A stretch of 63,161 nt of DNA, filler included. It is 8 parts of 8 records of this genome, joined end to end, with 100 filler letters (N's around TTAATTAATTAA, not from the genome) between each part and the next. Parts side by side here need not be neighbours in the genome. Positions count along the whole stretch, not along the records: positions 6,834 to 12,132 come from SRR31156797_26265; positions 12,233 to 20,972 come from SRR31156797_26271; 6 more parts are not named here. One strand, given 5' to 3'. The position numbers and the translations under genes are program-made. Positions within the stretch are counted from its first letter, which is position 1; every line of letters starts with the position of its first letter. This document shows, piece after piece, positions 9,167-18,394 of the stretch. The notes below the pieces were generated by a model. That model made no database searches. It saw nothing but the letters and a program-made list of their open reading frames with translations, and was not told the DNA's origin.

Positions 9167-11380
9167 ATGAAAAAGCTGCAAATAGTATTAGCAATAATAC
9201 TTCTCTCATTTTCAACTACAGCTGACGTTGTAAAGGCTGATAGCAGAAAAAAAGAAACTATAAAGAAAGAAAGTAAAAATGAAAAAAAACTGGATGTAGT
9301 CAATCTTGACCCTTATGTTGTTACTGCTTCAAAAGTAGAGACATCAGCGATTAATACTCCAGCGGATGTTACCGTTATAAGTGAAAAAAAAGTTCATAAA
9401 GTCGGAGCTAAAAGTCCGATGGAAGCTCTCAATGACAGTCCGGGCTTTAATTTTCATCCAAGAAGGGACGGCGGAATGTTCAGCCATTTTCAGATCAGAG
9501 GGCTTTACAGCAACTCTACAAGTGGAGGATCGATGCTTATCCTTCTTGACGGAATTCCTCAGCGCAGATTAAGTTTCGGAGGCCCCTACATAGGCGGACT
9601 TCCTTTTGATGCAGTTGAAAGAATAGAGCTTGTCAAAGGAGCCATGGGTTCTCTTTACGGAAGAAATGCACTCGCCGGAGCAATGCAGCTTTTCACTGAT
9701 CCGGGTTCAGAAAAGTTTCAAGCGAAATTCAGTACGACAGGGGAGGCTGTTGTCAACGGTGTAAAGGGAATGGGAAAATTGTCCGGACCTATCTGGGATT
9801 TTGGAACATTCTCTCTTACAGGGACACTTCAGACATCAAAAGGTCATGTTAACGACAGCAGTCAGAAAAAAGGAGATATTTACCTTCATACAGAATTTGA
9901 TCCGACAGTAAACGACAATATCAAATTCATTTTCGGCTTTGTTGATCTCGACGAAGATCGTGTCGCGCCTCACTGGCTTACTGATGACGGTGAAAGACAC
10001 GACCTTTTTGAAAGAGATAGAAACTATACTGTTCCGGGAATCACATATGGGAAACTGAGAGAATACAGGCTCGGTGCATCATACACCCACAAGTTTCCTC
10101 ACAACGTAAGCCTCGGATACAAAGCCTCATGGTGGAAAGGGGAAACTACATGGAGCGGTGGAAGAATTGGAAACAGACCGTCAGAAGGAACTACTGACAA
10201 AAGAACTTCAAAATATTCCACATACGATGAGAATGTGTTTTTTAATGAGCTTGATATAAGCTGGAAGTTTAGAGTAAACAAAAATTTTATCGGCTTTATC
10301 GCTTTGGGCGGAAGCTATGAGTATCTGGACTGGGATCTTGAGCAGGCATATATGACAACAGAAGAGCTTTACGAGCAGACAGGATCCTACAGCAGCGGAG
10401 TTCCCATAGATATGTCAGATCCGGTAAATCCGGATCCATTTACAATTGTAAAAGGGCCATCTTCAGGAAGAACCACTTACGAACATAACGGCGGTGGATT
10501 TCTCAGAACAGGATTCAGCATTATTGAAAGAATTCACCTCGAAGCGGGTGTCAGACTTGACGGCTTTAAAAGAACTCAGGAAACTGACACTGACAGTGCA
10601 TCACATAATGATAAAGCAGTTTCTCCCGGTGTTGGTCTCAGCATCGCTCTGCTTAACCGGGAAGACCATAAACTCAATATTTACGGAAACTGGGGAATGG
10701 GTTTCAGTCCCGTTTTCAGAGCCGTAAATAACAGCAGAATTGCAGATGTCGACCCGGAACACAGCATGAGTGGAGAAGGAGGAGTAAAATGGAATCTGTG
10801 GTCTGGAATTTTTGAGGGGAAGGCTCTTTTTTATCAGCTTGACAGAACGGATGTCGTAGGCTGGAGAAAAGACCCTGATCATCCTGATGAACTGCAGGTG
10901 AGAAATGTGGGGGACTGGCGCATAAGAGGCGTTGAATTTGAAACAAAAATACGACCTTACAAAGACTGGTTTGTTGTTTACGGGTCTTTCACATGGCGTG
11001 ATACAGAAATAGTGAAAAACGAGTTCAATACAGATAGAGAAGGAAACGACATTCCGATGGTATCACCGTTTGCTCTCACAGTTGGAGTTAGAGCGGACGT
11101 TCCGAGCGGATTTATGGCAGGAGTAGAATACCGCTGGTACAGCAAACACTTTGCAGATGAAGAGAACGTTATAGAACTTTCATCATACGGAATACTTGAT
11201 ATTGATGCAGGCTGGAGAATTCCCGTCGGAAAGGAAAATGGATTCACCATAAGCGGATTTATGAGAAACGGACTTGATGCAGACTATGTTTCCGGAGTCG
11301 GCGGAGATGGAACTGGAGCGTATGGATGGTATGCAATGCCGAGAACGTTCGGATTGAAACTGGCTGCAGATCTTAAATGA
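9167..11380 (+). CDS. TonB-dependent receptor
   Basis: Signal peptide, VVTASK TonB-box region, plug motif ERIELVKGAMGSLYGRNALAG and a C-terminal PRTFGLKL beta strand. Confidence 0.93.
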   Translation: MKKLQIVLAIILLSFSTTADVVKADSRKKETIKKESKNEKKLDVVNLDPYVVTASKVETSAINTPADVTVISEKKVHKVGAKSPMEALNDSPGFNFHPRRDGGMFSHFQIRGLYSNSTSGGSMLILLDGIPQRRLSFGGPYIGGLPFDAVERIELVKGAMGSLYGRNALAGAMQLFTDPGSEKFQAKFSTTGEAVVNGVKGMGKLSGPIWDFGTFSLTGTLQTSKGHVNDSSQKKGDIYLHTEFDPTVNDNIKFIFGFVDLDEDRVAPHWLTDDGERHDLFERDRNYTVPGITYGKLREYRLGASYTHKFPHNVSLGYKASWWKGETTWSGGRIGNRPSEGTTDKRTSKYSTYDENVFFNELDISWKFRVNKNFIGFIALGGSYEYLDWDLEQAYMTTEELYEQTGSYSSGVPIDMSDPVNPDPFTIVKGPSSGRTTYEHNGGGFLRTGFSIIERIHLEAGVRLDGFKRTQETDTDSASHNDKAVSPGVGLSIALLNREDHKLNIYGNWGMGFSPVFRAVNNSRIADVDPEHSMSGEGGVKWNLWSGIFEGKALFYQLDRTDVVGWRKDPDHPDELQVRNVGDWRIRGVEFETKIRPYKDWFVVYGSFTWRDTEIVKNEFNTDREGNDIPMVSPFALTVGVRADVPSGFMAGVEYRWYSKHFADEENVIELSSYGILDIDAGWRIPVGKENGFTISGFMRNGLDADYVSGVGGDGTGAYGWYAMPRTFGLKLAADLK

Positions 11381-12132
11381 TAAAAAACACTTTCAAATCT
11401 CACCTGATCTTTGTCATCCTGACTGCCGTAGCAGAGGGAATTCTTATCAATGCTCCAATGATGGCATTAAAGGGCCTCAACCTCTACGGAAAAGAGTGGA
11501 AACTTGCTCTCCAGCTTATTCCTACAGGTCTGAGCATGATGCTTCTCATCTGGATAACTGCTGTCATGGCGGTAAGACCTAAAAAACCTTTTCTCAGATG
11601 GCCGGGCTTTATCTATGCTTTTTTAATTGTTATCATGGCTTTTGTCAGTGATCCGGGAATCTTTCTGGTCCTTCTCGGACTTGGATACACCGCAGAAGTT
11701 GTCTCAAGACCCGCTGTTACAATGCTTATCAGGATAAACTATCCTAAAAGTAAAAGAGCTTTTCTAGCCGGTACGGTTAGGCGCTGGTACTATCTTTTCT
11801 ATCTCGTTTCGGGACTTGCATCGGCTGCACTTCTTGATGCTTCAGGGAGCCATGTGAGGTTAATCATTTCCGCTGAACTGATCCTTGCATCTGCTTTTAT
11901 AGGAACAGCTTTCTACATAATCAGCAATGTAAAGATCAATGAGGATGAAAATGCACTGATGTCTCAGCCTGCTCCCGGGTTTCTTAGATCATTTAAAAAT
12001 GCCGGAAATATCTTTAAGAACGATCTCAGGTTCAGGAAGTATCTTCTAATCAGTTTTCTTATTGCTATCGGAGCACTTGCAGCAAATCCGTTTCTGCCTG
12101 TACTTTTTAACAGGGATCTTGGATTTAACTAC
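11377..12132 (+). CDS. MFS transporter, 3' truncated
   Basis: Multiple hydrophobic helices and an MFS-like INYPKSKRA loop; ATGA overlap with the receptor gene. Confidence 0.75.
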
Positions 12133-12232
12133 NNNNNNNNNNNNNNNNNNNNNNNNNNNNNNNNNNNNNNNNNNNNTTAATTAATTAANNNNNNNNNNNN
12201 NNNNNNNNNNNNNNNNNNNNNNNNNNNNNNNN
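12133..12232. other. Artificial contig linker
   Basis: N-run, TTAATTAATTAA, N-run. Confidence 0.98.
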
Positions 12233-12233
12233 T

Positions 12234-12587
12234 ACTAAATATGAGTTTGGTAAAAAAGATGGTAAAATCTACTTAATCGATGAAATTCATACACCGGATT
12301 CTTCTCGTTATTTTTATGCTGATGGTTACCAGGAGCGTTTTGATAAAGGAGAGAATCAAAAGCAGTTATCAAAGGAGTTTGTTCGTGAGTGGTTAATGGA
12401 AAACGGATTTCAAGGTAAAGAAGGACAGGAAGTGCCGGAAATGACTGATGAATTTGTGAACCAGGTAAGTGAGCGTTATATTGAATTATATGAAAGTATT
12501 ATCGGCGAGAAATTCGTTAAAGGTGATGTAAGTAATGTAATCGATCGTATCGAGAAAAATGTAAATGACTATTTAGCTACTTTATAA
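12234..12587 (+). CDS. purC: SAICAR synthetase, 5' truncated
   Basis: Manual translation [26 protein letters not shown]...[11 protein letters not shown]. Confidence 0.95.
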   Translation, partial: TKYEFGKKDGKIYLIDEIHTPDSSRYFYADGYQERFDKGENQKQLSKEFVREWLMENGFQGKEGQEVPEMTDEFVNQVSERYIELYESIIGEKFVKGDVSNVIDRIEKNVNDYLATL

Positions 12588-12641
12588 TAAGGAGTGTGTC
12601 AGTATTTATCTGCTCTTCATAAGTAGATATCAAGATAATAC

Positions 12642-12678
12642 AAAGGATGTTCTGTTTCGATGGAACATCCTTTTTTTT
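12642..12678 (+). terminator. Intrinsic terminator after purC
   Basis: AAAGGATGTTC...GAACATCCTTT stem followed by a T-run. Confidence 0.8.
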
Positions 12679-12804
12679 GTGAATAAACGTAATTTTACTA
12701 GTCAGAAAATTGTATTCATAATACCTACATACTTGATATAATTGCTTTAATTAATTATTTTTTGTAAGTATTTAAATTTTATTTCCATAAAAGAAATAAA
12801 GTAA

Positions 12805-12812
12805 TATATTTG
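12805..12812 (+). promoter_or_regulatory. Bacteroidota -7 promoter element
   Basis: TATATTTG matches TAnnTTTG, upstream of the polyamine genes. Confidence 0.65.
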
Positions 12813-12966
12813 CACGCTTTTTTCTATATTTTAATGTGCTTCATTGTAAGGGGCAGTATATTAGAGGATAGCGTGGTGGTCAAAAAGATTTTTCAACGGA
12901 AAGGTTTGATCAACTCCAATTAATTTTAAACATTATTGATATTCAAATTTTTTTATGTAGTTAAAA

Positions 12967-14169
12967 ATGAAGAAAGTCCTAATTATTGGTGCCGGTGGTG
13001 TTAGCAATGTGGTAGTTCACAAATGTGCTGCTTTACCGGATGTTTTTGGTGAGATTATTTTAGCATCTCGCACTAAAAGTAAATGCGATAAGATTGCCAG
13101 TGATGTGCAACAGAGGTTAAATCGCACAATTATTACGGAAGCTTTAGATGCTGATGATGTATCTCAAACAGTAGCCTTAATTAAGAAATACCAGGTTGAT
13201 TTGGTTATTAATGTAGCTCTTCCTTATCAGGATTTAGCCATTATGGATGCTTGTTTAGAGACAAAGGTAGACTATTTGGATACCGCCAATTATGAACCAA
13301 AGGACGAAGCTAAATTTGAATACAAATGGCAATGGGCCTATCAGGATAAGTATAAAGATGCTGATATAATGGCTTTATTGGGTAGTGGATTTGATCCGGG
13401 TGTAACCAATATGTATTGTGCTTATGCGCAAAAACACCTGTTCGATGAGATTCACTATGTGGATATTGTAGATTGCAATGGAGGTGATCATGGAAAGGCA
13501 TTTGCCACTAATTTTAATCCTGAAATAAATATTCGTGAAATCACCTCAAAAGGTAGATATTGGGAAGAAGGAGAGTGGAAAAGTACAGATCCACTTTCTG
13601 TAAAGCAGGACTTTGATTTCCCGGGCGTGGGTACACGCAAAATGTACCTGATGTATCACGAAGAAATGGAATCGCTTTGTCAAAATATTAAAGGGTTAAA
13701 AAGAATCCGATTCTGGATGACTTTTGGAGAAGAGTATTTAACGCATTTGCGCGTATTGCAAAATGTTGGAATGACTCGTATTGATGAGGTGGAGTATAAA
13801 GGACAAAAAGTAGTGCCTTTAGAGTTTTTGAAAAGTGTACTACCTGATCCGGGTTCATTGGCTGAAAATTACACAGGAAAAACTTCAATAGGTTGTGTAA
13901 TTGAAGGTATAAAGGACGGAAAAAAAGTTCGCAAGTTTATATATAATATTTGTGATCATGCCGAAACATATAAAGAGGTAGGTTCGCAGGCTGTATCATA
14001 TACAACCGGGGTTCCGGCAATGATCGGAGCAAAAATGATATTAACCGGACACTGGAAAAAAGCCGGGGTATACAATATGGAACAATTAGATCCGGATTTA
14101 TTTATGGAAGACTTAAATAAGTACGGTTTACCCTGGCAAGTGGAAGAATGGAACAGTTCGGTGGAATAG
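12967..14169 (+). CDS. Carboxy(nor)spermidine dehydrogenase (saccharopine dehydrogenase family)
   Basis: GAGGV Rossmann motif, YLDTANYEP, GFDPG and FATNFNPEINIRE; adjacent to nspC. Confidence 0.93.
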   Translation: MKKVLIIGAGGVSNVVVHKCAALPDVFGEIILASRTKSKCDKIASDVQQRLNRTIITEALDADDVSQTVALIKKYQVDLVINVALPYQDLAIMDACLETKVDYLDTANYEPKDEAKFEYKWQWAYQDKYKDADIMALLGSGFDPGVTNMYCAYAQKHLFDEIHYVDIVDCNGGDHGKAFATNFNPEINIREITSKGRYWEEGEWKSTDPLSVKQDFDFPGVGTRKMYLMYHEEMESLCQNIKGLKRIRFWMTFGEEYLTHLRVLQNVGMTRIDEVEYKGQKVVPLEFLKSVLPDPGSLAENYTGKTSIGCVIEGIKDGKKVRKFIYNICDHAETYKEVGSQAVSYTTGVPAMIGAKMILTGHWKKAGVYNMEQLDPDLFMEDLNKYGLPWQVEEWNSSVE

Positions 14170-15317
14170 CGCTCTCAAAAGAACAGCAGCAGCAGCTTAA
14201 AACGCCTTGCTATATTGTTAATGAAACAAAGCTGGAAGAGAACCTGAAAATTCTCAAACATGTTCAGGATGAGGCCGGATGTAAAATATTATTAGCATTT
14301 AAAGGATTTGCCATGTGGAGCATGGCAAATCTTGTGCGCAAATATTTACCGGGAATTTCAGCCAGTTCCATTTATGAAGCTCGTTTAGGAAGAGAAGAGT
14401 TTAAAGGAGAGGTGCATAGTTATGCACCTGCTTATTCTCAGGAGGATATTGAAGAACATGTGCAATTGGCCGATCATATTGTTTTCAATTCAGTAGGTCA
14501 ATGGAAAAGGTATAAGAACTTTATGTCTGCTTATCCTCATATTGAAACAGGTTTGAGACTAAATCCTGAACATTCAGAAACAGAAACGGAAATATATGAT
14601 CCTAGTGGTCCGAATAGTAGGTTAGGAACGACCTTAAAAAACTTCAAAGAAGGTATTGAGGATTTAGATGGAATTACCGGATTGCATTTTCATAATCTGT
14701 GTGAGCTAAATAGTGATGCACTCGAGAGAACACTCACGGTTGTTGAAGAAAAGTTCGGCTTTTATTTTAATCAGATTAAGTGGATTAACTTTGGAGGAGG
14801 TCATCATATTACCCGTCCTGATTATGATGTGGATCGTTTGATTCGTATCATTAAGTCCTTCAAGGAAAAATACAATTTGGAAGTGTACTTGGAACCAGGA
14901 GAAGCTATTGCTTTAAATACCGGGGTATTGGTAACATCGGTAATGGATGTTTTTAACAACGGAATGGATTTAGCTATTTTGGATGCATCAGCTACGGCAC
15001 ATATGCCGGATGTATTGGAGATGCCTTATCGTCCGTATATTGAAAATGCCGGAGAATCTGGTGAAAAAACATATACTTACCGTTTGGGTGGACTGACTTG
15101 TTTGGCAGGTGATGTGATAGGTGATTATAGTTTCGATGCAAAACTGAATATTGGTGATCAGTTGGTATTTGGTGATATGGCGCATTATACCATGGTTAAA
15201 AATACCATGTTTAATGGTGTGCGTTTGCCATCCATTTATGTTTTTAATTCATCGGAAAGTTCATTAAGAGCTATTAAGCATTTTGCTTACCTGGACTATA
15301 AGTCGCGTTTAAGTTAA
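14148..15317 (+). CDS. nspC: Carboxy(nor)spermidine decarboxylase
   Basis: LLAFKGF (PLP lysine), GLHFHNLCE, NFGGGHHIT, HMPDVLEMPYRP and TCLAGD. Confidence 0.95.
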   Translation: MEQFGGIALSKEQQQQLKTPCYIVNETKLEENLKILKHVQDEAGCKILLAFKGFAMWSMANLVRKYLPGISASSIYEARLGREEFKGEVHSYAPAYSQEDIEEHVQLADHIVFNSVGQWKRYKNFMSAYPHIETGLRLNPEHSETETEIYDPSGPNSRLGTTLKNFKEGIEDLDGITGLHFHNLCELNSDALERTLTVVEEKFGFYFNQIKWINFGGGHHITRPDYDVDRLIRIIKSFKEKYNLEVYLEPGEAIALNTGVLVTSVMDVFNNGMDLAILDASATAHMPDVLEMPYRPYIENAGESGEKTYTYRLGGLTCLAGDVIGDYSFDAKLNIGDQLVFGDMAHYTMVKNTMFNGVRLPSIYVFNSSESSLRAIKHFAYLDYKSRLS

Positions 15318-15389
15318 ACGATGTTGTGGCTTCTGAAAAAGAAGCGTTTTTAACCTATTGTTTTACATAGATATTTTTTCAGAACGAAA

Positions 15390-17282
15390 ATGAGAAAATG
15401 GGAAATTGAAGACTCTGCGGAGCTTTACAATATACAAGGTTGGGGAATTAATTATTTCTCTATTAACGAAAAGGGTAACGTAACCGTAAGCCCAAATAAA
15501 GACTCGGTTAATGTTGATTTAAAAGAATTAATTGATGAGCTGCAACTAAGAGATGTAGCTACCCCTGTATTACTACGTTTTCCGGATATTTTGGATAATC
15601 GTATTTTAAAAATGAGCAACTGCTTTAAGGTAGCTGCCGAAACTTACGATTATAAGGGTGAGAATTTTATTGTTTATCCGATTAAGGTAAACCAAATTCA
15701 GCCTGTGGTTAAGGAAATAGTTGGGCATGGTAAAAAGTTTAATATTGGTTTGGAAGCAGGTTCTAAGCCGGAGTTACATGCGGTAATTGCCAGTAGTACT
15801 AACAACGATTCCTTAATTGTGTGTAATGGATATAAAGATGAGGATTATATAGAATTGGCTTTGTTGGCTCAGAAAATGGGACGACGAATTTATTTGGTGG
15901 TTGAAAAGCTGAATGAGCTGAAGATGATCATTAAAATTGCCAATCGATTAAAAATCATTCCTAATATTGGTATTCGTGTAAAACTTGCCAGCTCAGGAAG
16001 TGGTAAGTGGGAGAGTTCCGGTGGAGATATCAGTAAGTTTGGATTAACTTCCAGTGAGTTGATTGAAGCCATGGATTATCTGACTAAAATAGACATGAAA
16101 GAATGTCTGAAGCTGGTACATTTTCATATTGGAAGCCAGGTAACTAAAATTCGCAGGATTAAAATTGCTTTACGTGAAGCTGCGCAATTCTATGTACAGT
16201 TTTATAAGGAAGGATTTAATGTGCAGTTTGTGGATATCGGTGGCGGATTGGGTGTAGATTATGATGGAACAAAATCATCTAATAGCGAGAGTAGTGTAAA
16301 CTACAGCATTCAGGAATATGTGAATGATGCCATTTATTGTATGGTGGATGCTGCTAATAAAAATGATTTACCACATCCTAATATCATCACAGAATCAGGT
16401 CGTTCGTTAACGGCGCATCATTCCGTTTTGGTATTTGAGGTATTGGAATCTACATCACCTCCGGCGTGGAAAAATGAGGAAGAAATAGGAGAGGGTGATC
16501 ACGAGTTGGTGAAGGAGCTTTATGAATCAAGAGAGCGTTTGAACCAATCGCGTATGTTGGAGATTTGGCACGATGCACAGATTATCAGAGAAGAGGCTTT
16601 GGACAGGTTTAGTTTGGGAATGTTGGATATTAGAACCAGAGCTCAGATTGAAAGACTATTCTGGAGTATTGCAAAGGATATTTATAAAATGACTTCCAGC
16701 TTAAAGCATGTGCCGGATGAGTTTCATTCCTTATCGAAGCTATTGTCGGAAAAGTATTTCTGTAATTTCTCTTTGTTCCAGTCTTTACCGGATTCGTGGG
16801 CAATTGATCAGATATTCCCTATTATTCCGATTCATCGACATAAGGAAAGACCTGATGTGTTGGCAACCTTCCAGGATATAACTTGCGATTCGGATGGTAA
16901 AATAGATAATTTTATCTCTACACGAGATTTATCTTGCAACCTGCCTGTTCATAAGTTAAAAAAGGATGAGTCGTATTACATAGGCGTATTTTTAGTGGGT
17001 GCTTATCAGGAAATATTGGGTGATTTGCACAATTTATTTGGCGATACCAATGCTGTTCATGTTTCAGTGGATAAGGAAGGCTATCATATCGATCAGATTA
17101 TAGATGGAGAAACAGTTGCTGAGGTACTGGAATATGTGCAGTACAGTCCTAAAAAATTAGTACGAACAGTGGAGACATGGGTAACGGCTTCTATTAAGTC
17201 AGGAAAAATATCGGCCACTGAGGGTAAGGAGTTTTTATCGAACTACCGATCAGGCTTATATGGATATACTTATTTAGAGTAA
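15390..17282 (+). CDS. speA: Biosynthetic arginine decarboxylase
   Basis: YPIKVNQ, GLEAGSKPEL, HFHIGSQ, NFSLFQSLPDSWAIDQ, TCDSDG and GAYQEILGDLHNLFGD. Confidence 0.97.
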   Translation: MRKWEIEDSAELYNIQGWGINYFSINEKGNVTVSPNKDSVNVDLKELIDELQLRDVATPVLLRFPDILDNRILKMSNCFKVAAETYDYKGENFIVYPIKVNQIQPVVKEIVGHGKKFNIGLEAGSKPELHAVIASSTNNDSLIVCNGYKDEDYIELALLAQKMGRRIYLVVEKLNELKMIIKIANRLKIIPNIGIRVKLASSGSGKWESSGGDISKFGLTSSELIEAMDYLTKIDMKECLKLVHFHIGSQVTKIRRIKIALREAAQFYVQFYKEGFNVQFVDIGGGLGVDYDGTKSSNSESSVNYSIQEYVNDAIYCMVDAANKNDLPHPNIITESGRSLTAHHSVLVFEVLESTSPPAWKNEEEIGEGDHELVKELYESRERLNQSRMLEIWHDAQIIREEALDRFSLGMLDIRTRAQIERLFWSIAKDIYKMTSSLKHVPDEFHSLSKLLSEKYFCNFSLFQSLPDSWAIDQIFPIIPIHRHKERPDVLATFQDITCDSDGKIDNFISTRDLSCNLPVHKLKKDESYYIGVFLVGAYQEILGDLHNLFGDTNAVHVSVDKEGYHIDQIIDGETVAEVLEYVQYSPKKLVRTVETWVTASIKSGKISATEGKEFLSNYRSGLYGYTYLE

Positions 17283-17304
17283 TTTGCCATTAGATAAAAA
17301 ATGC

Positions 17305-17331
17305 AACCCGGAGTTTTTGCTCCGGGTTTTT
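17305..17331 (+). terminator. Intrinsic terminator after speA
   Basis: AACCCGGAG-loop-CTCCGGGTT followed by a T-run. Confidence 0.85.
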
Positions 17332-17558
17332 ATTAGAATGTCATCTCCATCTTTATTTCGCTGTTGTTATTACTCGTTTCTTTGAGGAGAGTTACTATTT
17401 CGTTATCGTTTGACTTTATTGCTTAAACTGTAGCTGTATATTCTTTAATACGAGCTACTATTTCTTAAACAAAAGATGTCATTTCACCATCAAGAGATGT
17501 TTATTCGGTATCGAGAGCAATCATTTCGCAAACATGAGTCGTTTGTTCTTTTACATCA

Positions 17559-18161
17559 TTACTCGTTTGAAGAAATAACATCAGTTATCGGTTTAATATA
17601 ACCGGTTTCCAATTCAAATATCCATCCATGTAACATGAGTTCCTGACCACGTTCCCAGGCATGCTGCACAATAGAGGTGGAAGCCAGTTTTTCTACCTGA
17701 CTAATCACATTAATTTCGCACAGCTTATTCACTCTATCTTCGGTGTTTTCTATCTGATTGAGTTCTGCTTTATTGCGCTTGTAAATTTCTTTTAAAGGCA
17801 TCAGCCAGTCGCCAAGGTATTCGTCATTAATATTATCCATTGCTGCCATTACACCTCCGCAACCATAATGACCGCAAAGCACTATATGTCGCACTTTTAA
17901 TACATCAACGGCATATTTAATCACACTCATTAAATTGGAGTCATTGGTAATAACCTGATTGGCAATATTACGGTGAACAAACATTTCGCCCGGCTCGGTT
18001 TGCGAAATACCGGTTGCCGGAACACGGCTATCAGAACATCCTATCCAAAGGTATTGTGGTTCCTGACCCAAAGCCAGATTTTTAAAGTAGTCTTTATCTT
18101 CGGCCGTTTTTTCTTTTACCCATTCTTTATTGGCGCGAAATATCTCGTGAATCGTTCTCAT
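17559..18161 (-). CDS. can: Beta-class carbonic anhydrase
   Basis: WIGCSDSRV, HRNIAN and CGHYGCGG zinc ligands. Confidence 0.96.
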   Translation of the reverse strand: MRTIHEIFRANKEWVKEKTAEDKDYFKNLALGQEPQYLWIGCSDSRVPATGISQTEPGEMFVHRNIANQVITNDSNLMSVIKYAVDVLKVRHIVLCGHYGCGGVMAAMDNINDEYLGDWLMPLKEIYKRNKAELNQIENTEDRVNKLCEINVISQVEKLASTSIVQHAWERGQELMLHGWIFELETGYIKPITDVISSNE

Positions 18162-18394
18162 AACCCAATTGTGTTTACCTGTTTAACTACGAAAATAAAA
18201 AAGTAAGACAGATTAAAAGCTATAAAGTTGAAAAAAACATACTTTATATAGATGTTTAGTTCTGAGACAAAAGATAAAAGATTGATTTACAAAGATCTTT
18301 ATACTCAAATGAAGAAGGCTGTGGGATTCATAGTAAAAAGAAAAAGGGGAACGAAAAATATCGCTCCCCGTGGTTTATCTAAATAGATTATATC

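Noticed and set aside
12967-17282. Polyamine gene cluster as a novel pathway
   Set aside because: This is the established arginine decarboxylase plus carboxyspermidine dehydrogenase/decarboxylase route.
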